Positions 26,543 through 40,660 are shown, counted from the first letter of the stretch. The stretch: DNA of 64,000 bases from Octopus sinensis (GCF_006345805.1 NC_043011.1:43350464-43414463); one strand, 5' to 3'. Numbers and translations: made by a program. The notes: generated by a model not told the origin, from the letters alone.

Positions 26543-27551
26543 GCATGTCTGTGTTGTATGTGTGTCTTTTAAACGGTTACAATATTTTCTAGCTGAACAT
26601 AAACACTGGCGTGTTTTCCTTTACTCTTCTCACCTGATAGATATGAATATTCTTGAGATATCACTAACTATCCAGATACTGCAATTCAACACGCAACAAC
26701 AAAACTGTGCACAGGAGCTACGATTCCGATTTGTTGTCCAATCGGTCTTCTTCAGCTTCGAAATGACATTATTTCACGATTTCTGGATTCAGTGTCGCAA
26801 AATAATTTTTACTTCTGCCTTCTCAGAGAGAAAATTAAGCTTCTGCTGGATAGGGCGCCAGTCATTCGGATGTACCTTTCCCGTGACAAACGTGCTATAA
26901 AGGTATCTTCTAATTTGCCAGTTATACTTCTTCAAAGCTAGAATGAAAACTCGTACATTGTTTTGAACTAACGAACCTGTATCTTCTCGTATCCATTCAT
27001 TCGTTCCGCTTCCATTGCGTCTTTACCCAACTTTTGAATTTTAGCGTAAAATAATCAGACATTTATAGCGATATGCAAATAAAGAGGCCCCAATATTCCT
27101 GCTGACAACAACTACTTTAATAATAGAAGGTATGAGATGTTCTGTAAGCGTAATAATTGAAATGACACGCTGATATCCATCAATAGCTTTCTTCTTAAGC
27201 AGAAAGATCATGGTATAATCGCTACTTGGATCTACTTTGTATTCCCATACCGAAATAAGCAGAATTGAAGAAATATATGTTTAGTGCGATCTTATTTGAA
27301 GTAAAACTTACTAAATGACCACACTAATAACATTTACGTCGCAAGTAAAATTAATAAATGAATACAGTAATAGCATTTTCTTTCTACGCAATAATCCCGC
27401 CTTAAGAAGCAATGACGAAGTTTTCTCTATCATTGCTCATGTAAAACTTCAAACACGCGCTAACGTGTACATGCAGCCACATACTACACACATATGTGTT
27501 TATGTACGCATATGTACATATATTATATATATATATATACATATATATATA

Positions 27552-27614
<63 letters not shown>

Positions 27615-27627
27615 GTATATATATATG

Positions 27628-27672
<45 letters not shown>

Positions 27673-27697
27673 TGTATATATATATATATATATATAA

Positions 27698-27752
<55 letters not shown>

Positions 27753-27769
27753 AATATAATATATATATG

Positions 27770-27800
<31 letters not shown>

Positions 27801-27821
27801 TATTAATATGATATATATATG

Positions 27822-27878
<57 letters not shown>

Positions 27879-28920
27879 ATATATATATATATAAATATAT
27901 AGATATATATATGTATATATATAATATATATATATATAAATGTATATATATGTGCGCGTACACACACACATACATACACATATATATACACATTAACAAC
28001 GCTTAAACCATTGTTGTGGTTTCTCTTTTTATTTTTATGTATTGATCGTACCGTTGTTTTGCATTATGTGCCCTAATCGAGCATGCCTCTCATCAAAACC
28101 GTTTCCTTCTTCGGATTACATTATCCACTCTGTCCATTCATTTCATTTATTTTATTTTGTTTTTGTTTCTTCCTTTGAAAGGCGCGTGCGATTTGGAAGA
28201 GATCTTTGCTATCTCAAGCATGCTTTTATTGGTGTTATGGCTACCTGATCTGAAATCGAATTACTTAAACACGTGACCAGGTCCCTCCTTTGACTGACAG
28301 TCAGTAGCGGGCGTGGTTTTGGCGATGCTTTGTGGTTAATACTAATGTGGTTGTTAACTTCTCTAGTTAAGGAAGCTGTTATTTTTGTTACTATCGATAC
28401 AATGCTGCTAAGGTTTCTCTGGTTGCTCTTATACGATTGTTGTTCATGTTATTGTCACTGATGTCATTCGTGATGTTATTCGAATTTGTTACCAAAGCTC
28501 TTCGCGTTCAGTTTAGATTATTACTTCATTTGGTACTCATTTTTTTGTCATTATTAATACTTTTAAGAAGCAGCAAGGACCCTTAGCATGAAGGGCAAAA
28601 TGCTTAGCGGCATTTCTTCTTTCTTAGAAGTGTTTTCGATTACACAACCAAATGATTTCCTCACACATTAAGATAGTTGGGCTGATCTCTTTCAAATCAT
28701 ACCCACCCTGACTTTTTCAGAGAAAGACACATCGGGTTATATGCTCTTGAATTTACTACACACTACAAAAAAAAATAGTCAGGTCAGAATGCCTTTCATC
28801 GCGTGTCTGCTCAATCTGAACTCATCTGAGCTAAACGACAACATCAGATAACAAAAGACACCACCAAATTAATCGAACAACTCACCCTTTCTTATTATAA
28901 TACTATCACATGACCATCGT

Positions 28921-29135
28921 GGAGACACGTGACTTTGTGGTTAGGGGATTGGATTCATGATCGTAAGATTGTGGTTTCGATTCCTGAATCGGGTGACTTT
29001 TGTTCTTGAGAAAAAACACTTCGTTTCACGTTGCTCCAATCCACTCAGCTGACAAAAATGAGTAAGGCTGCGATGGACTGGCGTCCCATCCAGGTGGGGA
29101 ACATATACGCCACGGTAACCGGGAAACTGGCCATT
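28921..29135 (+). mobile_element. CORE-like tRNA SINE, diverged
   Basis: gtggttaggg..gatcgtaag..ggtttcgattcc head and ttcacgttgctccaatccactcagctg core. Confidence 0.75.
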
Positions 29136-29700
29136 GTCACCACTGCATATGTGATTCAACCTCCCTCACCATTTGCATCTATCTCTACCCCATCACTAGA
29201 ACTAGAGTAACCAGAAACCGAGATATGATTCCCACCAGCAATAATATTACGTCAATTTTCAACTTATTGTCGATTAACAAATCTATCTATCACTAACACG
29301 CCAGAACTACCATCATAATCACCATCAACATCTCCACCACAGGCAGACTACAGCTTGTATAGCATACAACATTACTGCTACTATTCAACTATTATAACAT
29401 GCATCACCATCACCAGAAGTATTACCAGCGCTCCGACCACCTACACAATCTCCACTTCCTTGACAACATTCGTACAAAAGAGAAAACCTTACATACTTCC
29501 AGGCGAATGATTATTCTTCAATTTAGCCTCCTTCATTGGAGCCGATCCACTCGGAACATCTTTATCTTACATCATAACATTAATGGAATATTACGCTTCG
29601 GAGATCAAGGAATAGCAAACTTATTGTTCACAACTTTATAATATCAGCATTGCGAATATTGACTAATATATATTTATGAATGAATGAATATATACATATA

Positions 29701-29825
<125 letters not shown>

Positions 29826-29867
29826 CGTTTGTAGAAATATATAAATCCGAAGATTTAGAGCACTTAA

Positions 29868-30340
29868 TATTATAGTGGGACAGGCCGGTTTATGGGGTTA
29901 CCCTGCGTTTCTCGCTCATAAGGATTTTAGCCTTATGGCGTATCTTCAAACCCCAAACACACCTGCCCTGAGACAATCTTTAAATATGGAGAAGGAAAAA
30001 CAGCTCGTTTTAAAGGTAAAACTCTATTTGATTATCTTCCTTCGCCATCGATTTTCGGCCATGCCACTATCTTGCGGTCACCAGAGCACCACGAAGGTAA
30101 ACGATTGTCTCCCTCCGACCTTGGCTAATGGTTTCCGGCCGTAGTGTCGCCCTGCAGATTCCAAAAAGTCAGCTGGAATTTTCTAAAATGCAAGCATGGC
30201 CCGCAAATCTCCAAGACGGAGAGGTCTCAGGCCAGCAGTGTTTGAGGTGTGAAGATACGCCGTAAGGCTAAAGCCTTAATGAGCGAGAAACCCAGGGTAA
30301 CCCCCACCCCACCAAAAAACAGGCCTACCGTACTATAATA
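29868..30340. mobile_element. MITE with long imperfect TIRs (about 110 bp) in a TA context
   Basis: The left arm ggggttaccctgcgtttctcgctcataagg..ttagccttatggcgtatcttca is the reverse complement of the right arm tgaagatacgccgtaaggctaaagccttaatgagcgagaaacccagggtaacccc; ends are tattatagt / actataata. Confidence 0.85.
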
Positions 30341-30353
30341 CATACATTATCAT

Positions 30354-30420
<67 letters not shown>

Positions 30421-30679
30421 CATATATATAGATTCTTCACACGGGTAGAAATATAGGAAAAATAGAAGTTGAAAATGCACTGAGTATAGTATATTTCGTG
30501 CCTATGCAGGTGTGTGTGTGTATGTGGGTGTACCTATATAATTGTGTGTTTCAGTATGCATGTATATATATATATTAGAAAAAATGAGGTAATCAGATCG
30601 GATGGTTCATATTTGTAGATATTTATTTATATATTACATTTTTTACATATATATCATATCATTCAGATCATATCATTCG

Positions 30680-30718
30680 GATTAGCGCTTTCTCTCAATC
30701 TAGTGGGGTTTTCAAATC
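30680..30718 (-). ncRNA. Hammerhead motif with U3:A8 core, downstream of the main PLE ORF
   Basis: Minus strand: gau UUGAAAA cccca cuagau ugaga GAAA gcgc UA auc. Stem III is the palindrome AGCGCU; stem II has two mismatches; AATAAA and (TA)n follow. Confidence 0.55.
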
Positions 30719-30865
30719 AAATCAATTGTGGGGAATTTGAACATTTTATAGTTTCGTAGTAGTGCGGAGGAATAAGACAGTTTAAGAGGGTGAGGAGGAA
30801 GTGAGACAGAGAAAACATGTGTGTATGTGTATGTGTGTGTGTGTGTGTATATGTGTGTGTGTATT

Positions 30866-30903
<38 letters not shown>

Positions 30904-31381
30904 TTATATCTGAGAGGGAAGAAGTGTTATTTCCGTTGGCCTACTGGACCTCCTGTGGTTTTATAAGAATTTTGGCTCTGTCCATTTTGATGTCACTGAG
31001 TGTGTGTTGTGCGTAGGTTGGCCGGACAAATGTCATTTGGGGTCACACTTTCTATGATCATTTTGTGGAGGTGTGTCCGTGTGTGTTTGTGTGCGTGTGT
31101 GTGTGTGTGTGTGTCTCTGTGTGTTTGGAGAAGGGGAGAGAGACAAAAAGAGAAAAGGGAAAATAAAAATAAATATAAAAATAAAAATAAAAAAAAAAAA
31201 AATTAAAAAAAAAAAAAAAAAAAAAAATTAAAAATTAAAAATCTAAAAAATAAATAAAGATAAAAATAAGGGAGGAAGTGGAGAAGAAAAAATATTTTTG
31301 TGTGTTGATATTTATACCAATACATATATATACACACACAGACTTATACATAAAATAATTGAAAAAAACCTTTTTATCGGT

Positions 31382-31925
31382 TCAAAATGAACAACCAAAT
31401 TATACCATCTTGAAAATTGTATATCATAGGAAAGTTAAAATTAAAGTGACAATTAAAAGGTAAAGATGGAAGTGAATTATAAAGATAATAATATAATATA
31501 ATGTATATAACAGGCAATACACATATCTATACACACACAGATATATATATATACATATACACACACAGACATATACTAAATGTTCTACTATATTAGATTG
31601 TAAATCGAAAGATGCGTCCTTCAATGTCACTATATATATATATATATACATGCTTACACATGAAATATTAGGGAAAAATCCACCTTCTAACGAATCAAAA
31701 TGAACAATCAAGTTACACCATCTTGAAAATTGCATATCATAGGAAGGTTAAAGTTAGAATGACAATTGGCAAGTAAAGATCAAGTAAATTGCAAAAACAA
31801 TATAATGTATGTAACAGGTAACATATACACACACACACACCTATATATATATATACATACACACATATATTAAATGTTCCACTGTATCATATTGTAAATC
31901 GAAAAAAATTTCTTGTCCTTCAATG
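31382..31925. repeat. Tandem duplication (period about 313 bp) in the PLE 3' region
   Basis: tcaaaatgaacaa..accatcttgaaaattg.atatcatagga at 31382 and 31695; tccttcaatgt at about 31617 and 31916. Confidence 0.9.
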
Positions 31926-31944
31926 TATGTTGTTGAGTAAAGTT

Positions 31945-34245
31945 TCAGCCATTTAATTTGGGGGAGAACTTAGCTATGAAATGTTTTTCCATATTCCTCC
32001 TGAAGGGGGTGTCGTTCTTCGGACACTTGTAGAAGGAAATATCTAAATTTTCCTTCTCACATGTAGCTAGGTGTGTGCTTAGTGGTATTTTGCGTAGTTC
32101 TTCCTGCCGAATATGTTGTCGGTGGATCCTGGCTCGCTGGCACAAAGAATTACCAGTTTCGCCTACGTAATTCTCCTTGCACGTGGGGCAGGTTATGCAG
32201 TATATGACGTTCTGCGTCTTGCAGTTCATATCTGCATTTACTTTGAATATGACACCATTTTAAATCTTATCTCTCTGTTGCTCTCTATGTATTTGTAGGG
32301 GGGTTGCTGCAGGTCCCCATCTACCATCTCCGCACTCTTTTGCAAAGAATCCGTTTTAGTTTCTGAAGAGAATTTCGCTCTTGTTAGGTGTTTTTTTAGG
32401 TTTTTGTCCTGTCGTCTACTGTTTTTTATGCTATATTTGTTTAATATGTTTTTCATTTTGGGGCTTTGTAAGGCTATTGGTAGGTTTGAATGTATGGTTT
32501 GGAAGATGTTGGTACTCCAGGGTTGTGTGTGTTTATAAAAGGATAGTGTTTTCTTTGTTTTTTGTTTTGGGTGTCCTGAGTTGTGTGATGTCTAGTTTTA
32601 ATGCTCTTGTGATTCCATTTTCTATTAGTTTAAGGGGGTATTTTTGCTCTAGGAGGAAGCTTTTGAGTTCATCTAGTCTTATTAATCGTATTTGTGAATC
32701 AGTTACTATGCTACATATTCGTCGTGCCATACTATATGGGATGTTTCTTTTTGTGTGGGATGGGTGGCAGGAGTGGAAATTTAAGTATTGATGTGTGTCA
32801 GTTTTTTTGTAATGGATGTCTGTTGTGACGATGGAGTTGTGTATTTTGATGTTGATGTCTAGGAAGGGAAGTTCGTTGTGGCTGGTATCTATTGTGAAAT
32901 TGATAGATGGGTGCAGCGTATTGAGGATGTTGTGGAATGTTTGTAGGTCCTCTTCTGATCTGTTCCAAAAGATGAAACAGTCATCGAGGTAGCGTTTCCA
33001 CTTTTTCTTGATGTCTTCTCTGAAGTCGTGTTCGAAGACTTTCCCTATTTCGTCATATAGTTTTTTCTCCAGGAAGCCCATCACCAGGTTGGCATATGAA
33101 GGTGCGAATGTTGTACCCATAGCCGTGCCTTTTATCTGTCGGTATGTCTTGTTGTTGAATGAGAATGTGTTTTCTTCTAGCATTAGTTGGGTGGCTTGGG
33201 TGATAAAGTTTGTCTTGAAGCGTTCGTCTATAAGTTCTCTGTATTTTTCTATTGATTGTTTTATAGCTTCTAGACCTAGGGTGGTGGTATGTTTGTGTAT
33301 AGATTTGTGACATCAAAGCTTGCAAGTATGGTGTTTTTCGGGACTGTATTTGGAATGTGTGTGAGGAAGTCTATGTCATCCCTTATGTAGCTTGGAATCT
33401 GTGGGCATAAAGGTTTGAGGAGTATATCTATGAAGTGGCTTAGTTGTTGTGTTGGTGCCTGGGGTCCTGCCACTATTGGTCTCATTGTGAGGTCTGCAGG
33501 TCTTTGTACTCTTATATAGTGGTTCCTCTGTTCCTTTATGGCTCTCTGTATTTCCGAGCTTTTATGAATTTTAGGTAATCCATAAAAGTTGCTTTCTTTG
33601 GTTTGTGAGTTGCATAGATAGTCTTCCTCCTTATCTGTAAAGGAGTCCTGATATTCATTGACTAAAGTTCTAATTTTTCTTATTGTTGTTTTCTCCGGTG
33701 GTGTTGGTTCCTCTTTGTAATATGTCTGGTTGTTCAGTAACTCTAGTATCTTTTCTTTGTAGTAATCTGTGTCCATAATTACTATTGCTCCACCTTTGTC
33801 AGCTTCTTTTATAACGATTGATTTGTCATTTTTCAGTTTTTGTAGGGCTTGTTTTTCTTCTCTACGGAGATTCTGTTTGCATTTGTGTGTGTGAAGAGGG
33901 AATTTGGATATTGTTTCTATGTATGTGTCAAGGTGTTTGTCACTTCCCTTGTAAGGGGTGAAGTGGGATTTTTTTCTTATGATTGAGTTATCTTCTGTTT
34001 CTTTATTTTCAAAGAATTCCATAAGGCGGAGGTAGCGGCTGAAGTTGTCTATGTCAGTTTTTAGTTCTATGAGGTTTGGAGTGGGTGTAGGTGTAAATTT
34101 GAGGCCTTTTAGTAGTAGGTTCATTTCATATTCGTCAAGTTCTCTTTTAGATAAGTTTTATTTTTGGGGTCTATGTGTTTTGGGAGTTCATCCGGAATTT
34201 TTGGTGTATTGGGTCTGGAGTATGGTTGAAGTATCCTCTCCCTAA
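31945..34245 (-). mobile_element. Penelope-like retroelement, 5'-truncated; RT + GIY-YIG ORF broken by several frameshifts
   Basis: Consecutive minus ORFs contain LLLKGLKFTPTP, IVIKEADKGGAIVIMD, FYGLPKIHK, MRPIV, SFDVTNLYTNIP, YRQIKGTAMGTTFAPSYANL, WKRYLDDCF, LPFLDI, HYKKTDTHQYL, then NVIYCITCPTCKENYVGET..R..H..EKHFIAKFSPKLN. The VIY-CxxC-YVG pattern suggests a Neptune-like clade (inference). Confidence 0.96.
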
Positions 34246-34269
34246 AACATATATATATATATATATATT

Positions 34270-34492
34270 TTATTTCTACCCACAAGGCTAAACAAGAGAG
34301 GACAAACAAGGACGACAAAGGGATTAATTCGATTATATCGACCCCAGTGCGTAACTGGTACTTATTTAATCGACCCCGAAAGGATGAAGGCAAAGTAGAC
34401 CTCGGCGGATTTGAACTCAGAACTAACGACAGACGAAATACGGCTACGCATTTCGCCCGGCGTGCTAACGTTTCTGCCAGCTCGCCGCCTTT
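34270..34492 (-). mobile_element. SINE family A (long-tail type)
   Basis: Reverse complement of aaggcggcgagctggcagaaacg.. through ..ccttgtgggtagaaat; lies just 5' of the PLE. Confidence 0.92.
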
Positions 34493-34909
34493 AATTAGTC
34501 AACGAATAAAAAATGCTTATCACTTGCACCCAACATATATACAGAGGCATTGTCGGCTAAGAAGTTCATTTCGTAACCAGGTACTTTCGGGTTCAGATTG
34601 CCTACGTCACACATTTAGTAAACTGAATTCTACAATAAGCACACTTTTACTGTCACTGAAACTATACGGAAACTATACGGAAGCCTGTCAAGTTGATTAT
34701 ATATAAGTGTAATTCTAAGCTGCAGTCTTGTCATATACAAGGCCATTAAGATCCTATTTGAAATTTTCTTCAGGATACACGCAGCAATTGAATGCTCAGC
34801 CATTTAAATGTTAACTCAGGACGTAGATAACACAGGAGATCGAACGACTAATTTCTCATAGTCGATTTATGTATATATATCTGTTATATCTGTGTGTGTC
34901 TGTGTGTAT

Positions 34910-35010
34910 GTAATATATAAAGGTAAGATCTAAAGCATCAGGGTATAGGAAATTAATAAGATTTGAACAGACCGTAGAAGGTATAAAAAAAACAACTTTC
35001 AGGAACAATG
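34910..35010 (+). repeat. Direct copy (about 100 bp) of 36474-36572, the putative left end of the downstream mariner
   Basis: taatatataaaggtaRgatcYaaagcatcagggtataggaaRttaataagatttgaacagaccgtaga..aacaactttcaggaacaatg is present twice. Confidence 0.85.
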
Positions 35011-35372
35011 TGTGTGTATGTGTTTGTGTGTGTGTGTGTGTGGTGCATATATTTATGAGTGTGTGTATGTGTGTGTGAACGTGTAAGTGTGAGACGGATT
35101 AACCAATCAGTGTTGGGTGCAAGTGATAAGCATTTTTTATTCGTTGACTAATTATTAGAAAATGCACGAAACTTGAAACTTTTACAAGTTGATTCTAAAC
35201 ATAGTACGTATTGAAAGTTGTTGCCAATTGTATGAGTGTGTATACATACATACGTACATACATACATACATACATACATGCATACATACATACATACATA
35301 CATATATACATACATACATACATACATACATACATACATGCATATATACATACACATATACATACATAAATG

Positions 35373-35416
<44 letters not shown>

Positions 35417-35429
35417 TATACTTGGAAGG

Positions 35430-35460
<31 letters not shown>

Positions 35461-36450
35461 GTTATACCTGGGAGTTACCAAATTCCAGTACTCAGAGGTA
35501 CTCGTTTCTGATCAGCAGCTGGTAAACCAAGCCTTCTTTCCTTTTAAAATTTTCACCGAATATTATTTGAAACCTGAAATGAAAGTGTGAAGAGAACTTT
35601 TATTCTCATGCTGTTTTGCTTCAAAAACAACTTTGTAAATGAAACTTGCAAAAACTGCTGTTTTAAGTTCATGTTCTTGATTTCTTTTTTGGTTCTTGTG
35701 GTAATATTACAAACGTCTTAAAATCCGTACAGGTAATGTCATGAAATTACACTATTGTTCAAGCAATGTTTTAAAGCAATACTTTTAAGCAATATTTTTA
35801 ATTAATGTTTATAAAAAAACAATGATTGTGTTCGTGCATGTTTATTTTGCATGAGACTCTGCAGCCACATACCGATACACACATGAACACTCGCACATAC
35901 GTCTATATAAACAGAATTATATATGCATGCATAGATATACCCGTATGCATATATACACATACGCATACGTAGAGACGTATCAACACATTATAACATATAT
36001 CAATAAAATCAAATTAATTAAACATCTGGAAACCAACTTTTTTCCGAACCAGAACGAAACACAAAGACGCATGTATTTACATAAAACATACTTAGCCACG
36101 TGCATGCAAGGTGCTACAAATTCAGTTCTTTTATTCAAACAGTTTCTAACTTGAGTCAAAATTCTTAAACAAAGGTCACGCTGTATCTTTAACTTGAAGC
36201 TCCCATTCCTATATGGTTGTGTGCACTATGAAAATAGACCAGGTAATTTTCGATTAATATGTCAGTCACGATAGATAATATGCTACACCTTTGTCGAAAT
36301 TTATATGCTTTTTTGCATGAAAAAAGTCCTCAAGACTTGTTATAAAGAATTAAAAAATACTCTACATTTATATTACTTTCAAATTTAGGCAGATTTCTAC
36401 ATTTATATTCAGCTCTGTAATTTATCGCTTCTGGCTAATCAACATAGAAA

Positions 36451-36473
<23 letters not shown>

Positions 36474-36483
<10 letters not shown>

Positions 36484-37470
36484 AAGGTAGGATCCAAAGC
36501 ATCAGGGTATAGGAAGTTAATAAGATTTGAACAGACCGTAGACGGTATAAAAAAACAACTTTCAGGAACAATGGGGATTTCTTGACGTAGAAGGTTATAA
36601 ATGTTTCCCATGTCGAAGTTCGATAAACTAAATGAGTGATTTTATAGTTCACGCTTAGCAGCTCGGGGTTGCTGTATATCCGAATAAATGTATTTACAGA
36701 ATACCACAAAATATTTGTCTACAGTAGACCCAGTAAATGACTCCAGCCGATAGAATCCAATTGATGCGACCCTTCGGCATCAGTCCGCCGATTGGCATCG
36801 TCCCGTGCGGGTTGTATTATCACGTGGTGCGTCTTTGTTTTGCAGTGCTTCTTCCCTGTTCGTCGATTTTGCGAAGGCTGAAATGAAAGAACAGCGTGCT
36901 TCCGCAAAATTCTGTTGTTTGCTGGGGAAAATGGCGGTCGAAACAGTTGACGTTCATCTAACTGCTTATAGGGACGCTGCCATGAACAAAACACGGGTTT
37001 ACGAGTGGATTTCACGCTTTAGAAATGGATACTTGTTGCTTGAAATCCAACCTCGATCAGGACGATAGTCGATCTTCCGAACGAATGAAAATCTGAAAAT
37101 TCATGAATTGATCTTGGAGGACCATCACAAAATAAATTGACAAACTTGGTGATGTGATTGGTGTGTCCTGGAGCTCCTGCCAAAGGATTTTCTGCGAGGA
37201 ATTGCAAACGAAAAGAGTTGCAGCAAATTCCGTGTCTCGCTTGCTCAAGGAAGACCAAAAGAAATCACGACTGAATGCGTGTCGTGAACTGAAAGACCAT
37301 TTGGAAGTTGATCAGGATTTTTTTATAGAAGGTCATCCCTGCTGACGATAGCTGGTTCTACGGAATTTGCAGATGAGGAAGAGATGAAGAAAAAAAACGA
37401 CGGATGCGTTAAAAGGCATCGCATCGCAAGTGTTCCTGCACTGCTTCGAATGGTGGAAAACGTGCCTGGG
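36474..37470 (+). mobile_element. Mariner transposon remnant (transposase N-terminal HTH region, internally deleted)
   Basis: MKEQRASAKFCCLLGKMAVET..AYRDAAMNKTRVYEWISRFRNG..PRSGR and VSWSSCQRIFCEELQTKRVAANSVSRLLKEDQKKSR. Confidence 0.85.
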
Positions 37471-37574
37471 AGTCAGAGAAAGGCAGAATGCCACCTATAT
37501 CTGAACACTACTATAGAAATATTCCTTTAAAAAAAATTTTTCTTCTAATTTTTCTAAATTTAATTATTTAATCG

Positions 37575-37618
37575 TTACAGTTGAAAAGGTCTCAAAATGA
37601 CCGAAACCGGTACTGAAA
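37575..37618 (+). ncRNA. Minimal type I hammerhead motif with U3:A8 core
   Basis: uuacag UUGAAAA gguc ucaaaau gacc GAAA ccgg UA cugaaa. Stem I cag/cug, 4-bp stem II, palindromic stem III ACCGGU, GUA triplet. Confidence 0.75.
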
Positions 37619-37733
37619 TGTTCACTATAAAATTATTTTAGCATTTTCTATTTTTGACTTGTTTTTTCATATATATTAACTCGTGTGTTCCTTTTCACCC
37701 TTATACATAATATATATATATATTATATATTAC

Positions 37734-37824
<91 letters not shown>

Positions 37825-37933
37825 CATACATATACATATATAATACCGATATTGTACATACACACATGTCTTCATACAGGATGTGTGAATTTATGACTGT
37901 GTACTTTTACATTATAAGACGAAGTAGGTTGTC

Positions 37934-37987
<54 letters not shown>

Positions 37988-38139
37988 TCTATATATGTAT
38001 GTATGTATGTATACATATACATTTATAACCGGAAGTAAACGAGTATAGTCGTCACTAAAGTGACGGGGGGCCCCTTTAATGACAACCATACTTGTTGCCT
38101 TTCGGCAGTAATTTGCGGTGGTAATAATTTATGAATAGA

Positions 38140-38190
38140 TAAATCGATAGACAGACAGACAGATATATAGATAGATAGATAGATAGATAG

Positions 38191-38271
<81 letters not shown>

Positions 38272-38285
38272 GGATAGATAGATAT
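38140..38285. repeat. (GATA)n microsatellite
   Basis: Visible array. Confidence 0.95.
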
Positions 38286-39524
38286 TTGAAAAAATTAATA
38301 GAAATGGCTTTTTTAATAATCTTTCCCATTGAATATTTAGACGTTTATAAATTATTAGGTGTTTACAATTCGTGATTTTGTTGTGAGTTTTTCGCTCATA
38401 AGCGGGTTACAAAATGATATTTTAGTTGTTTTTATCAATTGTGTTGGTAGGGCTTTTGAACGAAGAACGCACACACATACACACATATACACACACATTC
38501 GTATATAAAACAATATGGAAGAATTAAGTTGTACAATAATTTCTAAAGCATAAAATATTAGGTTGGTCAGTTCCAGATCAAAATGGTACCATAAATCTTA
38601 AAGTAGAAGCACACATACCAAGATGTCTACATGCTAATATTTTAACACATATATACATAGTATGCGAAATGCTTACATAGTATACAAAAATGCACACACA
38701 CACAGACACGTATATACACACACACACGTATATATACACACACACATACACACTCTCACTCAGTCTCACACAAACACATATTTCTTTATGTTTACAAGTT
38801 TCTACTCGAGAGCTGCCACCTTGTATGATTATATATACATAAATACATACACACACACACACATATATATATATATACATATAGATATATATATGTGTGT
38901 GTTTGTGTCTGTACGTATGTATATAAATACATATATATACACATATATACATATACACATATGCATATACACACAGAACACAAAATATATCATCCGTACA
39001 CATGTAGGCGCGCACGCACGCACGCATACACACGCATACACACACACACACACACACTCACACTCACAAACACACAGACAACAAAATCATGACGCCTCCA
39101 TTAGAAAAACAACATGAAGTGAACATTTTAAAAAATGTGGCAAAAAAAAATTCAAAATATTCCCATTTTGTTAAAATACGAAGAAAATGAACAGTTTCGA
39201 AAAGCCAAAGAAGAGTATTATCCATAAATACAGACGAAAACAGAACAAAAACATAATACTTAAGCTACTAGAATTAGTATTACAACAATTTTGAATCCAC
39301 ATGAAAACATGAACGATACACAGTTTGAATAATCAAAGCAATGTAAACTCGTGCGATTATATACGCTTTTATAGCAAATTTTTTATATGTTCGCTCAGTA
39401 ATATGCGGATATTTATATAGGCATGTGTATGCATAAAACAATATATAAGGGCATGTGTGCGTATGTGTGTGCATTTATACGCATGTACCTATACGTAGTT
39501 GCATATATTGTATATATGTGTGGC

Positions 39525-39589
<65 letters not shown>

Positions 39590-39695
39590 ATGTGTTTGTG
39601 ATTGCGTTTGTGCGTGTATGTATGTATGCATGCGTGTGTATAGATCGATCGATAGGTAAATAGATAGATAGACACATACATATATATATATATAT

Positions 39696-39754
<59 letters not shown>

Positions 39755-40014
39755 ATACATACGTACATAGGTACATAGATAGATGTCTATATTAATGTGT
39801 GCTTATATAAGTGTGTGCTTGCGTCTCTGTGCGTACACTCATTTGTATATATGTATTTGTAAATATACATCGGTGTGTCTACTTACGTTTTTACCTACAT
39901 ATATATGTATCTATATGTAGCAATCACTTGTTAAGATTATTTCTACAGATATTCTCTAGAAATTTTAGCCAGCGCTGAACTTTGTTACGACGTTTCTTAT
40001 CCGAGACAGATATA

Positions 40015-40660
40015 TCAGGTCATCTCATAAGTTCTGTCCAAAGTTTGAATAAAAGAAAACAAGTGATCAAATGTTATATTTAATTGAAATTTAATCATCA
40101 ATGTACTTTCCCTGATTATCTATGACTTCTTTCCATCTATTTACAAGCTTTTAAATACCATCAATGTAAAACTCTTTTCGTTTCAAAGTGAAGAACTCTG
40201 AAATGTCAGTTTCGACCTCCCCCTGGCTTGTGAAAGTTATGTCCCCCAAATGATTCTATAAACTACGAAACAAATGGTAGTCTGAAGGAGCAAGGCGGGA
40301 AGAATAAGGTGGATGAGGAATTTTTCCCAACCAAGCTCTTCGATCTTCTGTGATGTGATCTTTGCGGTGTGGAGTCACGCATTGTCCTGATAAAACATCA
40401 GTCCTTTTCGATTCACTAAAGCGGGTCTTTTTTACTTCAAAGCTTGGTTCAAACGCTCTAATTGCTGACAGTAGACTTGAGCATTGATTGTTGAATTAGA
40501 TGGTAACAATTCAAAGTGAATTACTCCCTTGCAATCCCACCAGATAGAGAGAAGAACCTTTTTTCCATGATGTTCTCTTCTCAGTTGTGGTGGAGCTTTT
40601 TCCTTTTACCAAGCCACTGTTTACGCCGTTTAACATTTCGATAGAAGATCCATTTTGCGC
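40015..40660 (-). mobile_element. Mariner remnant (catalytic domain and one TIR)
   Basis: Minus-strand peptides KWIFYRNVKRRKQWL, FYQDNA, HPPYSSRLAPSDYHLFRS and VIDNQGKYIDD*; TIR-like tcaggtcatctcataagttctgtc at about 40015. Confidence 0.85.

Noticed and set aside
26560-27450. Complex sequence vaguely like a decayed pogo-type transposase on the minus strand
   Set aside because: No unambiguous DDE motif or TIR pair could be read; it needs BLASTX.
28150-28325. Polypyrimidine tract + AG followed by CACGTGAC and GGGCGTGG motifs
   Set aside because: Such short motifs are expected by chance in 64 kb, and there is no convincing exon frame or donor site.
32381-33310. Plus-strand ORFs of 136 and 100 aa
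   Set aside because: They are antisense shadows of the PLE ORF.
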